A DNA stretch of 64,000 nt, from NCBI GenBank assembly GCA_019135865.1, contig JAGVVD010000022.1, positions 108,204-172,203 on the forward strand. Reading direction: 5' to 3'. A program made the position numbers and the translations under genes. Origin of the DNA: Elusimicrobiota bacterium. GTDB lineage: Bacteria > Elusimicrobiota > Elusimicrobia > Elusimicrobiales > UBA9959. Below the pieces are notes generated by a model that searched no databases, was not told the DNA's origin, and was given only the letters and a program-made list of their open reading frames with translations. The first letter of the stretch is position 1, and the number at the start of each line of letters is the position of its first letter. Of this stretch, positions 39,784-49,233 are shown piece by piece.

Positions 39784-41303
39784 AACTGAAGATAGACGGA
39801 AAAGAGACGCAAGTGCAGCCGGGGACCTCGATACTCGGGGCCGCCCAGGCCATGGGCGTCCTCATACCCCGCTACTGCTATCACCCGTCGCTCTCCGTCG
39901 CCGGCAACTGCCGCATCTGCCTGGTCGAGATAGAGGGCGCGCCCAAACTGGTCACCGCCTGCTCCACCCCCTGCGCCGAAGGCATGTCCGTCCTCACCAC
40001 CAGCGAAAAGGTACGCGCCGCCCGCCGCGACGTGCTGGAATTCCTGCTCATCAACCATCCCCTCGACTGCCCCATCTGCGACCAGGCCGGCGAATGCGGT
40101 CTCCAGGACTATTACATGGAGCACGGACTCCATAAAAGCCGCTTCCCCCAGGCCGACAAAGTCCGCCGCCACAAGCGCCGCGACGTCGGCAAGTACCTGG
40201 TGCTGGACAATGAGCGCTGCATACTCTGCACCAGGTGCGTGCGCTTCTGCGAGGAAGTGACGAAGACCGGAGAGCTCTGCGTCAGGGAGCGCGGCGACCG
40301 TTCCTATATCGACCTCAAGCCCGGCTCGCGCCTGGACAATGATTATTCGCTCAATATCGCCGACATCTGCCCCGTAGGCGCCTTCACCTCGGCCGATTTC
40401 AGGTTCAAGAAGCGCGTCTGGTTCCTTGAGCGCACGGCCTCGGTCTGCGCGGGCTGCGCCACCGGCTGCCCGATAGAGGTGCATCACAGGGACAATATAG
40501 TCTACCGCCTGATGCCGCGCCCCGAGGAAGGGTTCCCGGCCTGGCTCTGCGACGAGGGACGCATGACCTGCAAGTCGCTGCGCGCCCCCGGACGACCGGC
40601 CGCGGCCTTCTGCGAGGAGGGGAACCTCAAGCCCGCCGCCGGCCTGCGTTTCGCCGCCTCGCGCCTGGGCAAGCTGAAGCCCGAACAGGTGGCGATCTTC
40701 GGCTCGCCGTTCATGTCGCTCGAGGACAACCTGGCCCTGGCCGAGCTGGCCGCCGCCATAGGGACGAAGAATTTCTGCCTCCACTTTAGCACCGAACCGG
40801 GCATAAAGGACGGCATACTCAAGAACACCGACCATTCGCCCAATTCGCGCGGCCTGGCGCTCATCCACGCGGTGTACGGCGGCTATACCCGCGAGCAGTT
40901 CAGCGAGCGTCTGGCTTCCGGCGAGGTCAGGTTCGTACTGGGCCGCAACGAGGAAGTCAAAGCCGCCCTGGCAGCGGCGAAAACCGACATACCTTCGTCC
41001 GTCTTCTCCTTCTCCGACGAGCCGGCCCCCGGCCGCGCCTGCGTGCTGCCGGCCGCCTCCCATTTCGAATCCGACTGCCTCTTCATCAACTACGCCGGCC
41101 GCCTGCGCCGGGCCCGGGCCGCGGTCAAGGCGCCCGAGGGCGTGCTGCCGGTCTGGCAGGCCGCCGACAGGATAGCCTCCATGCTGGGCGCGCCGATACG
41201 GCTGGAGACCCGCGCGGCGGTGCTGGAGCGGCTGAAGGCGAAGATACCGGAGCTGGCGGCCGCGCCGCTCTCCGACGACAAAGCGGAGTTCGAGCTCAAA
41301 TGA
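39780..41303 (+). CDS. nuoG: NADH-quinone oxidoreductase subunit G (short form, 507 aa)
   Basis: The N-terminal 2Fe-2S motif is CYHPSLSVAGNCRICLVE. The His-ligated cluster motif is HPLDCPICDQAGEC. A CILCTRCVRFC motif follows. Confidence 0.9.
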   Translation: MKLKIDGKETQVQPGTSILGAAQAMGVLIPRYCYHPSLSVAGNCRICLVEIEGAPKLVTACSTPCAEGMSVLTTSEKVRAARRDVLEFLLINHPLDCPICDQAGECGLQDYYMEHGLHKSRFPQADKVRRHKRRDVGKYLVLDNERCILCTRCVRFCEEVTKTGELCVRERGDRSYIDLKPGSRLDNDYSLNIADICPVGAFTSADFRFKKRVWFLERTASVCAGCATGCPIEVHHRDNIVYRLMPRPEEGFPAWLCDEGRMTCKSLRAPGRPAAAFCEEGNLKPAAGLRFAASRLGKLKPEQVAIFGSPFMSLEDNLALAELAAAIGTKNFCLHFSTEPGIKDGILKNTDHSPNSRGLALIHAVYGGYTREQFSERLASGEVRFVLGRNEEVKAALAAAKTDIPSSVFSFSDEPAPGRACVLPAASHFESDCLFINYAGRLRRARAAVKAPEGVLPVWQAADRIASMLGAPIRLETRAAVLERLKAKIPELAAAPLSDDKAEFELK

Positions 41304-42424
41304 CGCCGCCCGTACCCGATTTCATACTCGCGCACAGGGACCTCCTGGTCTTCCTGGGGGTCTCTTTCCTCAAGGCCTGCGTGGTCTTCGGCGCGGTGAT
41401 GGGCTTCGCGGCCCTGCTGACGCTGGCCGAGCGCAAGGTCAGCGCCCTCATGCAGGACCGGATCGGGCCCAACCGGGCTTCCGTATTCGGCTTCGCGCTG
41501 GGCGGGCTGTTCCACCCCGCCGCCGACGGCCTGAAGCTGATGTTCAAGGAAGACTTCGTGCCGAAGTGGGGGGACAGGGTCCTGTTCACGCTGGCGCCGC
41601 TCTTCGCCCTGTTCCCCGTGCTGCTGCTCTTCGCCGCCCTGCCCTTCGGCAATTACATCGACATAGCCGGCCTGCGTATAGATCTTCAGATAGCCGACTT
41701 CAACCTGGGCATACTCTTCATACTGGCCGTCTCGTCGCTGGCCATCTACGGGGCTTTCCTCTCGGGCTGGGCCTCGCGCAACAACTTCGCGCTGCTCGGC
41801 TCGCTGCGCGCGGCCGCGCAGATGATCTCCTACGAGGTGGCGCTGGGCCTCACTCTCGTCGGCGTCCTGATGGTCTACGGTTCGGCCAGCCTGCAGGACA
41901 TAGCGCGGGCGCAGGGGGAACTGCTCTTCGGCTGGCTGCCGGCCTGGGGCATAGTCTGCCAGCCTTTCGCCTTCCTGCTCTTCCTGGCCGCGGCGCAGGC
42001 CGAGAACAAGCGCACTCCTTTCGACGTAGTGGAGGGCGAAAGCGAGATCATCGGCTATTTCCTCGAGTACAGCTCGATGCGTTTCGCCTCTTTCATGTTC
42101 TCCGAGTTCGTCGAGATGATAGTGATCTCGATGCTGGCCGCCACGCTTTTCTTCGGCGGCTGGCAGGTGCCTTATCTCCAGCAATCCGGCTTCGTCTTCC
42201 CCTGGGGGACGGAGATCCCGCTCAACCATTACCTCGTGGTGCTGCTGCAGGTCGGCAGCATAACGGTCAAGACCGTCTTCTTCAGCTGGCTGCTGCTGGT
42301 CATACGCTGGACGCTGCCGCGCTTCCGCTTCGACCAGGTCATGACGCTGTGCTGGAAGGGGCTGCTGCCGCTGGCCCTGCTCAATATCCTCGCGACGGGA
42401 GTCGCCATATGGTGGCTCGGATGA
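41300..42424 (+). CDS. nuoH: NADH-quinone oxidoreductase subunit H
   Basis: 374 aa. Conserved NuoH blocks are AERKVSALMQDRIGPNR and EGESEIIGYFLEYS. Confidence 0.95.
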   Translation: MTPPVPDFILAHRDLLVFLGVSFLKACVVFGAVMGFAALLTLAERKVSALMQDRIGPNRASVFGFALGGLFHPAADGLKLMFKEDFVPKWGDRVLFTLAPLFALFPVLLLFAALPFGNYIDIAGLRIDLQIADFNLGILFILAVSSLAIYGAFLSGWASRNNFALLGSLRAAAQMISYEVALGLTLVGVLMVYGSASLQDIARAQGELLFGWLPAWGIVCQPFAFLLFLAAAQAENKRTPFDVVEGESEIIGYFLEYSSMRFASFMFSEFVEMIVISMLAATLFFGGWQVPYLQQSGFVFPWGTEIPLNHYLVVLLQVGSITVKTVFFSWLLLVIRWTLPRFRFDQVMTLCWKGLLPLALLNILATGVAIWWLG

Positions 42425-42987
42425 TAAAGACAAAGAAAGTCGACAACCGTCCGCTGACCCTGCTCGAGCGCCTCTATTTCACCGAAATAGCCGCCGGGAT
42501 GCTGGTCACGCTGAAGCATTTCTTCCGCAATCTCTTTAAACCTTCGAATATAGTCACGGTCAACTATCCCGAGGACCGCATCCCGCTGCCGGGCAACGCG
42601 CGGCTGCGCACGCGCCACCGCCTCAAACTGCGCGCCGACGGCACGCCCAAGTGCGTGGCCTGCTACATGTGCCAGACCGCCTGCCCGGCCTACTGCATAG
42701 ATATAACCGCGGGCGAGTATTCCGACGGGAACCCGGTCGAGAAATACCCGGTCGGCTTCGACATAGATCTCTCCCGGTGCGTCATGTGCGGCATGTGCGT
42801 AGAGGCCTGCCCGGAGGACGCCATAGCGATGGACACCGGGGAAATACCCGGCGGCGCGCTGACCCGCGACGAGATGTTCATGACCAAGCGGGACCTGCTG
42901 CGCAACCTGCCGGGCGAGCCTTCACTGCTCGGCGCCTCCAACCGGCTGCACAACGAATGGGACGGGACAAGGGTGAAGAAGAAATGA
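42421..42987 (+). CDS. nuoI: NADH-quinone oxidoreductase subunit I
   Basis: 188 aa with two CxxCxxCxxxCP ferredoxin motifs (CVACYMCQTACP, CVMCGMCVEACP). Confidence 0.95.
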   Translation: MIKTKKVDNRPLTLLERLYFTEIAAGMLVTLKHFFRNLFKPSNIVTVNYPEDRIPLPGNARLRTRHRLKLRADGTPKCVACYMCQTACPAYCIDITAGEYSDGNPVEKYPVGFDIDLSRCVMCGMCVEACPEDAIAMDTGEIPGGALTRDEMFMTKRDLLRNLPGEPSLLGASNRLHNEWDGTRVKKK

Positions 42988-43487
42988 AGCCCCTACTGCT
43001 CAACGCCGCTTTCTACCTGATTTCCGGCGCCGTGCTCGCCGGGGCCGCGGGCGTCGTCCTCCTGCGCCGGCCCCTCTACTGCGCCCTGTCGCTGCTCTTC
43101 ACGCTGCTGGCCACCTCGGGCCTCTATATACTGCTGGGAGCCGAACTGGCGGGCTATCTGCAGATCATAGTGTACGCCGGCGCCGTTATGGCGCTGTTCA
43201 TCCTGGCCATACATATGACAGGCCAGGATGCGCCGCTCAAAGTCCCGCCGCTGCCGCGGCTGCTGCTCATGGCGGCCGGCGCGGGCGCGGCCGGCCTCTT
43301 CGCCCTGCTGATGCTGGCCTCGGCCCGCTTCTTCATCGCTTTCGTAAAGCTGGCGCCCGAACCCTGGTCCGTCGCGGAGCAGGCCGGGCTTATCTTCGGA
43401 CGCTACGCGCCCCAGTTCGAGCTCCTCTCGCTGCTGGTGCTGGCGGGCATAGCGGGGACCGTGGTAACGGCGAAGAAGAAGCTATGA
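42984..43487 (+). CDS. nuoJ: NADH-quinone oxidoreductase subunit J
   Basis: 167 aa membrane protein in the conserved position. The block YLQIIVYAGAVMALF is present. Confidence 0.85.
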   Translation: MKPLLLNAAFYLISGAVLAGAAGVVLLRRPLYCALSLLFTLLATSGLYILLGAELAGYLQIIVYAGAVMALFILAIHMTGQDAPLKVPPLPRLLLMAAGAGAAGLFALLMLASARFFIAFVKLAPEPWSVAEQAGLIFGRYAPQFELLSLLVLAGIAGTVVTAKKKL

Positions 43488-43813
43488 TGAACTTCCTGCC
43501 ACTCACCGATTCCGTGCCGCTGGCCCATATAGTCGGCCTGGGCGTGGCCGTCTTCGCCGCCGGGACCTTCGGCTTCCTGGTGCGGCGCAACCTCATCGTC
43601 CTGCTGATGTGCGTGGAGCTCATGCTCAACGGCGCCAATATCGTCCTGGTCGCCTTCTCGCGCGCGCCCGGCGCCGCCGACCCGCAGGTCTGGGTCATTT
43701 TCATGTTCGCCGTGGCCGCCGCCGAAGCCGGCGTGGGCCTGGCGCTGGCCGTCCTTATCTGGCGCCGGCTGAGGGCCCTGGACATAGACGCTTTAAAGGA
43801 GCTTAAAGGATAA
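43484..43813 (+). CDS. nuoK: NADH-quinone oxidoreductase subunit K
   Basis: 109 aa. Conserved NuoK blocks are MCVELMLNGANI and VAAAEAGVGLA. Confidence 0.9.
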   Translation: MMNFLPLTDSVPLAHIVGLGVAVFAAGTFGFLVRRNLIVLLMCVELMLNGANIVLVAFSRAPGAADPQVWVIFMFAVAAAEAGVGLALAVLIWRRLRALDIDALKELKG

Positions 43814-45705
43814 TGGAAGGGAACTTCTACCCGCTCCTCAAATGGATGATACTGCCGCCGCTGGCGGGCTTCGTCCTCAACGGCCTCCTGGGAAAACGCC
43901 TGCTTTCCGAGAGGACCGGGGGGATACTGGGCTCGCTGGCGATATTCCTTTCCTTCATCTTCGCCCTGCTCTCGGTCTCCGACCTGCTGAACCTGCCGGC
44001 CGCCGACCGCCTGCTGCGCGACACGCTGTTCGCCTGGATCTCCGCCGGCCCTTTCACGGTCGACTTCGCCCTGCGGCTGGACCCGCTCTCGTCCGTGATG
44101 GCGCTGGTCGTCGCCGGCGTCAGCTTCCTTATCCATGTCTATTCTATCGGCTACATGCGCGGAGACAGGTGCTTCCATAAGTATTTCTCCTACCTCAATC
44201 TCTTCGTCTTCTTCATGCTGGTGCTGGTGCTGGCCGACAATCCCGTGCTGATGTTCGTCGGCTGGGAGGGCGTGGGCCTGGCCTCTTACCTGCTCATCGG
44301 CTTCTGGTACGAGGACACGGAGAAGGCCTCGGCCGGCAAGAAAGCCTTCGTCACCAACCGCATAGGCGACGCCGGCTTCCTGGCGGGGCTCATGCTGCTG
44401 GCGGCCGTCATGCACGCCGGCGGCGTATACGGCCTCGACTTCTCCACGCTCTCGGCCAACGCGCGGCTCGCGGCCGGCGCCTCTTTCGCCGGCGTGAACG
44501 CGGCCTTCCTCATAGGGGTCCTGCTCTTCGTCGGCGCCACGGGCAAGTCCGCGCAGTTCCCTCTCTATGTCTGGCTGCCCGACGCCATGGCCGGCCCGAC
44601 GCCGGTCAGCGCGCTCATACACGCCGCCACCATGGTCACCGCCGGCGTATACATGCTCAGCCGCATGTTCTTCCTCTACGAGGCCGCCCCGGCCGCGCTG
44701 AACGTGGTGCTGATCACCGGCTGCTTCACGGCCTTCCTGGCCGCGGTCATCGCCGTCGCCCAGCGCGACATAAAGAAAGTGCTGGCCTATTCCACGGTCA
44801 GCCAGCTGGGCTACATGTTCATGGCCGTCGGCGCGGGCGCCTGGGCCGCGGGCGTCTTCCACCTTACCACCCACGCCTTCTTCAAGGCCCTGCTGTTCCT
44901 CGCGGCCGGCTCGGTCATACACGGCCTCGGCGGCGAGCAGGACCTGTTCAAAATGGGCGGCCTGCGCAGGCATATGCGGACGACCTTCATACTCACCGCG
45001 ACGGGCTGGCTGGCCATCTCGGGCGTGCCGCCGCTGGCCGGCTTCTATTCCAAGGACCTGATACTCGAGAAGGTCTTCGCCTCGGGGGCCGGCTTCGTCT
45101 GGCTGACCGGCCTGCTGACCGCCGCGCTTACCGCCTACTACATCTCGCGCCTGCTCATACTGGCCTTCATGGACAAGTACCGCGGCACGCAGCACGTCCA
45201 TGGATCGCCGGCCGTCATGACCGCGCCGATGGGACTGCTGGCCGTCCTCTCCGTCGCAGGCGGCATGGCCGGCGCGGCCTGGCTGCTGCCCTTCCTGCAG
45301 CCCGGCGCGGCGCCGGAGCATCACTCGGCGCTGATGATCGCCGTCTCGGTCTCGGCGGCCGCCGCGGGCATCATAGCGGCCTTCCTGCTGGTGGGCCGCA
45401 GGGCCGAGGACCTGGCGGCCGCCTGGCCCCGGCTGCACCGGCTGGTCTATAACAAGTTCTATGTCGACGAGATCTACGCGGCACTCGTACTCAGGCCGCT
45501 GGAACGCTTCGCCGGCTGGACATTCCGCGTGCCCGACTCGAAAGTGATCGACGGCGCCTTCGTAAACGGCACGGCGGCGCTGTTCATGTCCATGGGCCGG
45601 GGCCTGCGCGCCGTCCAGACCGGCAACGCGCAGTTCTACGCGATAGTCTTCCTGGCGGGACTCTGCGTCCTGCTGGCGGCCGTACTGGCGGGGTATTACC
45701 TATGA
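43813..45705 (+). CDS. nuoL: NADH-quinone oxidoreductase subunit L
   Basis: 630 aa antiporter-like subunit. Conserved blocks are GWEGVGLASYLLIGFW and KSAQFPLYVWLPDAMAGPTPVSALIHAATMV. Confidence 0.95.
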   Translation: MEGNFYPLLKWMILPPLAGFVLNGLLGKRLLSERTGGILGSLAIFLSFIFALLSVSDLLNLPAADRLLRDTLFAWISAGPFTVDFALRLDPLSSVMALVVAGVSFLIHVYSIGYMRGDRCFHKYFSYLNLFVFFMLVLVLADNPVLMFVGWEGVGLASYLLIGFWYEDTEKASAGKKAFVTNRIGDAGFLAGLMLLAAVMHAGGVYGLDFSTLSANARLAAGASFAGVNAAFLIGVLLFVGATGKSAQFPLYVWLPDAMAGPTPVSALIHAATMVTAGVYMLSRMFFLYEAAPAALNVVLITGCFTAFLAAVIAVAQRDIKKVLAYSTVSQLGYMFMAVGAGAWAAGVFHLTTHAFFKALLFLAAGSVIHGLGGEQDLFKMGGLRRHMRTTFILTATGWLAISGVPPLAGFYSKDLILEKVFASGAGFVWLTGLLTAALTAYYISRLLILAFMDKYRGTQHVHGSPAVMTAPMGLLAVLSVAGGMAGAAWLLPFLQPGAAPEHHSALMIAVSVSAAAAGIIAAFLLVGRRAEDLAAAWPRLHRLVYNKFYVDEIYAALVLRPLERFAGWTFRVPDSKVIDGAFVNGTAALFMSMGRGLRAVQTGNAQFYAIVFLAGLCVLLAAVLAGYYL

Positions 45706-47222
45706 TGATAGGCCCCGACCTGCTCAATATCGCCATCTACCTGCCGCTGGCGGCGGCCATAGGCGTCGCCCTGCTGCCGCGCGATAAGGAACATTTAGCC
45801 GGTCCGCTGGCGCTGGCGGCCTTGCTGCTGGCCTTCGTCCCCGCGCTGGCGCTTTACCTCGGCTTCGACCCCGCCCTGCCCGGCATGCAGTTCGCGCAGG
45901 ACCTGCCCTGGCTCTCCGCCCTGGGCGCGCGCTACGCCATCGGCCTCGACGGCATAAGCCTGCTGATGTTCATGCTGACCGCCTTCCTGGGGCCGATAGC
46001 CGTGCTGTCCTCGTTCGAGGCGGTCAAAGAACACCGCCGCTTCTACTACGCCTCGCTGCTGGCGCTGCAGACCGGCATGCTGGGCGTCTTCGCCGCGCTG
46101 GACCTGCTGCTCTTCTACGTCTTCTGGGAGGCGATGCTCATACCGATGTACTTCCTCATCGGCATCTGGGGCGGAAAGCGCCGGATCTACGCCTCGGTCA
46201 AGTTCTTCATCTATACGATGGCCGGCAGCCTGCTGATGCTGGCCGCCATACTCTGGCTTTACTTCGACCATCAGTCGCGCACCGGCATCTACACCTTCGC
46301 GCTGAGCGCGTACGGCAACGCGGCGACGGGGGGAACCGGGATGCTGCTGTTCCTGGCCTTCGCGCTGGCCTTCGCCATCAAGGTGCCGCTCTGGCCTTTC
46401 CACACCTGGCTGCCCGACGCGCATGTCGAAGCCCCGACGGCGGGGTCCATCATACTGGCCGGCGTCCTGCTGAAGATGGGCGTCTACGGCTTCATCCGGA
46501 TAGCCGTGCCTTTCTTCCCCGAAGCGGCCATGACGGCCGGCTGGCCGATAGCGGCTCTCGGCGCCTTCGGCGTGATATACGGCTCGCTGACCGCCTGGGC
46601 GCAGGACGATATCAAGAAGCTGGTCGCCTATTCTTCAGTGGCGCATCTCGGCATAGTCATGGTCGGCGCGCTGGTCCTGGAGCCGGCGGCGGTAAGCGGC
46701 GCGGTGCTGCAGATGGTCAATCACGGCCTGAGCACCGGCGCGCTGTTCCTCTGCGTGGGGATGCTCTATGAGCGCCGCCACACGCGGCTGATGGCCGATT
46801 ACGGAGGCATCGCGAAAGTCATGCCGGCCTTCGCCGCGGTCTTCATGATAGTCACGCTCTCGTCCATCGGCCTGCCCGGGCTCAACGGTTTCATCGGCGA
46901 GTTCCTCATACTCTTCGGCTCGTTCAAAGTATGGCCCTGCCTGGCGCTGATCTCGCTGGGCGGCGTGATACTGTCGGCCGTCTATATGCTGGGGATGTAC
47001 CAGAAAGTGTTCTTCGGACCCGTCACTAACCCCGCCAATAAGGAGCTCCCTGACCTCAAGGTCCGCGAATGGCTCTGCGTCCTGCCCCTGCTGGCGCTGA
47101 TAGTCTGGATAGGCGTCTATCCCAACTTCTTCCTCAAACGCCTCGACACGGCCGTCAACGACTATATACGCCTGGCCGGCGGCCAGCGCCCCCCGTTCTC
47201 GCTCACCCAGGAGGGTAAGTAA
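45702..47222 (+). CDS. nuoM: NADH-quinone oxidoreductase subunit M
   Basis: 506 aa. Conserved blocks are FWEAMLIPMYFLIGIWGG and PFHTWLPDAHVEAPTAGS. Confidence 0.95.
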   Translation: MMIGPDLLNIAIYLPLAAAIGVALLPRDKEHLAGPLALAALLLAFVPALALYLGFDPALPGMQFAQDLPWLSALGARYAIGLDGISLLMFMLTAFLGPIAVLSSFEAVKEHRRFYYASLLALQTGMLGVFAALDLLLFYVFWEAMLIPMYFLIGIWGGKRRIYASVKFFIYTMAGSLLMLAAILWLYFDHQSRTGIYTFALSAYGNAATGGTGMLLFLAFALAFAIKVPLWPFHTWLPDAHVEAPTAGSIILAGVLLKMGVYGFIRIAVPFFPEAAMTAGWPIAALGAFGVIYGSLTAWAQDDIKKLVAYSSVAHLGIVMVGALVLEPAAVSGAVLQMVNHGLSTGALFLCVGMLYERRHTRLMADYGGIAKVMPAFAAVFMIVTLSSIGLPGLNGFIGEFLILFGSFKVWPCLALISLGGVILSAVYMLGMYQKVFFGPVTNPANKELPDLKVREWLCVLPLLALIVWIGVYPNFFLKRLDTAVNDYIRLAGGQRPPFSLTQEGK

Positions 47223-48610
47223 TGGAAAAGAACCTCCTGGACCTGACCGCCCCGCTGCTGCTCGTCGCGGTACCGGCGATCATCGCCCTGCTGGTGCGCC
47301 CCGCCTGGGCGGCCCGGGCGGCCGGCATCGGCCTGTTAGCCGCGTTCCTCAATGTCTCCTTCGGCGGCCCGGCCAATATAATGCCCTTCGGCCAGTCGCT
47401 GGTCTATGACCCGCTGACGAAGCTCCTGTGGCTGCTCATACTCGGCGCCGCCTTCGCCGTCGTCGACCTGACCCCGCGCGCCGACTGCGCCGCCAGTCTG
47501 CCGGCCAATGAATACTATTTCCTGCTCCCCATTTCCGCCGTCGGCCTCATGGCAATGCTGGCCACCGGCGACCTCATCGGCGTCTTCATCGCGCTGGAAG
47601 TGGTCTCCCTGCCGCTCTACGCCCTGGCCGCCGCCCGCCGCACCGCCGCCGGCGCCGAAGCGGGATATAAGTATTTCCTGCTCGGCTCTTTCGGCGCCGC
47701 GCTGACCGTGCTGGGTATCGCCTTCTTTTACGGTTCCGTCGGTTCGGCCCTTATACAGTCGGCCGCCGCCATCTCCGGGCTGAAAGTGAACCAGGCCGCC
47801 GCCTCGGCCGGCTTCCTGCTCATCATGTCCGGCTTCGCCTTCAAGGCCGCGCTGGTGCCGTTCCACATGTGGGTACCCGACGTCTACGAGGGCGCGCCGT
47901 CGCCCGTCTCCGCCTTCATGGCCTCGGCCGTCAAAGCCGGCGCCGTCCTGATACTTTTCCGCCTTTTCGTGGCCGCCGACCTGCCGCTCTACTACAAGGT
48001 CTTCTGGTGGGTGGCCGCGCTGACCATGGCCGCCGGCAATATCGCCGCCCTGCCGCAGACGGGAGTGAAGCGCATGCTGGCCTATTCCAGCGTGGCGCAC
48101 GCCGGCTACCTGCTGACGGGCTTCATGGGCGGCAAGGCCGCTTTCCCGGCCGTCTATTTCTACCTCGCCGTCTACGCCGCCGCCACCATCGGCGCCTTCT
48201 CGCTGGTCGCTATACTCGAGAAGGACGAGAAAGGCGTCACGCTCGACGGGCTGCGCGGACTGGCCGCCGCGGACCCCGCCAAGGCCGCCCTGATGACCGT
48301 TTTCGTCCTCTCGCTGGCCGGCATACCGCCGCTGGCCGGCTTCTTCGGCAAGTTCTGGCTCTTCGCGCAGGCCGTGCGCGGCGGAAGCCCCGGGCTCGTC
48401 GTCATCGCGGTGCTGGCCAGCGCCGTCTCGCTCTACTATTACCTCTCGATCATCACCGCCATGTACGCCGGCAAGGCCGACGTGCCGGCGGCCCCGCGGT
48501 CGGCCACCCCGCTGACGCTGTGGCTGATCGGCGCCTTCGTCCTGCTCGGGGGACTGGCGGCGGACTTCTTCCTGCTCCCCGCGGCCAACGCCCTTCCTTT
48601 CCTTCCTTAA
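47222..48610 (+). CDS. nuoN: NADH-quinone oxidoreductase subunit N
   Basis: 462 aa. Conserved blocks are FKAALVPFHMWVPDVYEGAPSPVSAF and KRMLAYSSVAHAGY. Confidence 0.95.
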   Translation: MEKNLLDLTAPLLLVAVPAIIALLVRPAWAARAAGIGLLAAFLNVSFGGPANIMPFGQSLVYDPLTKLLWLLILGAAFAVVDLTPRADCAASLPANEYYFLLPISAVGLMAMLATGDLIGVFIALEVVSLPLYALAAARRTAAGAEAGYKYFLLGSFGAALTVLGIAFFYGSVGSALIQSAAAISGLKVNQAAASAGFLLIMSGFAFKAALVPFHMWVPDVYEGAPSPVSAFMASAVKAGAVLILFRLFVAADLPLYYKVFWWVAALTMAAGNIAALPQTGVKRMLAYSSVAHAGYLLTGFMGGKAAFPAVYFYLAVYAAATIGAFSLVAILEKDEKGVTLDGLRGLAAADPAKAALMTVFVLSLAGIPPLAGFFGKFWLFAQAVRGGSPGLVVIAVLASAVSLYYYLSIITAMYAGKADVPAAPRSATPLTLWLIGAFVLLGGLAADFFLLPAANALPFLP

Positions 48611-48614
48611 GCCG

Positions 48615-49040
48615 ATGAAGACCTGGTTCTACGTCCTGTCCGCTCTCTATTTATTGAGCCCGATAGACCTGCTGCCCGAGCGGGGGCTGGGACGCTTCGG
48701 CCTCATAGACGATATACTTGTCATAGCGTCGCTCTACTGGTACCTGGTGCGGCGGCCGGCACTGCTCAGGGCGGGCCGGGGCGGGGAAAAGGCCGGCCCG
48801 GCGGAAGAAGGGCCCGGAGCGGAGACCGGCGGCCCGGGACCGGAGGAAGACCCTTACAAGGTCCTGGGCGTCGCGCCGGACGCCTCAGCCGACGAGATCC
48901 GGCAGGCCTACCTGAAGCTGGCCAATAAATACCACCCGGACAAGGTGGACCACCTCGGGGATGAGTTCAAGACGCTGGCGCACCGCCGCTTCAAGGAAAT
49001 ACAGGCCGCCTACGAGCGGCTCACGCCCAAAGGGAACTGA
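48615..49040 (+). CDS. DUF1232 (YkvA-like) membrane domain fused to a J domain
   Basis: 141 aa. The N-terminus YLLSPIDLLPE...GLIDDILV is the DUF1232 motif. The C-terminus DPYKVLGV...YLKLANKYHPDK is a J domain with an HPD motif. The gene starts 4 nt after nuoN. Confidence 0.75.
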   Translation: MKTWFYVLSALYLLSPIDLLPERGLGRFGLIDDILVIASLYWYLVRRPALLRAGRGGEKAGPAEEGPGAETGGPGPEEDPYKVLGVAPDASADEIRQAYLKLANKYHPDKVDHLGDEFKTLAHRRFKEIQAAYERLTPKGN

Positions 49041-49052
49041 ATTTCAGGCGCT

Positions 49053-49095
49053 AAAAAGAAAGGGCCGGGAGACGTCTCCCGGCCCTTTCCTTTTA
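49053..49095. terminator. bidirectional intrinsic terminator
   Basis: A perfect 12-bp palindrome (gggccgggagac/gtctcccggccc) is flanked by aaaaagaaa and tttcctttt. It lies between convergent genes. Confidence 0.7.
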
Positions 49096-49233
49096 ATGGT
49101 CGGCGAACCTATTTATAGCTGGAATACAGCCGGCGGATGAAGGGTCCCCAGCCGGTCTCGACGGCGAAAGGCAGCGACCAGTAATCGGTCTCCTGCAGGG
49201 CCATGAAACCCTCCAGCGAACCGCCGACCAGTC

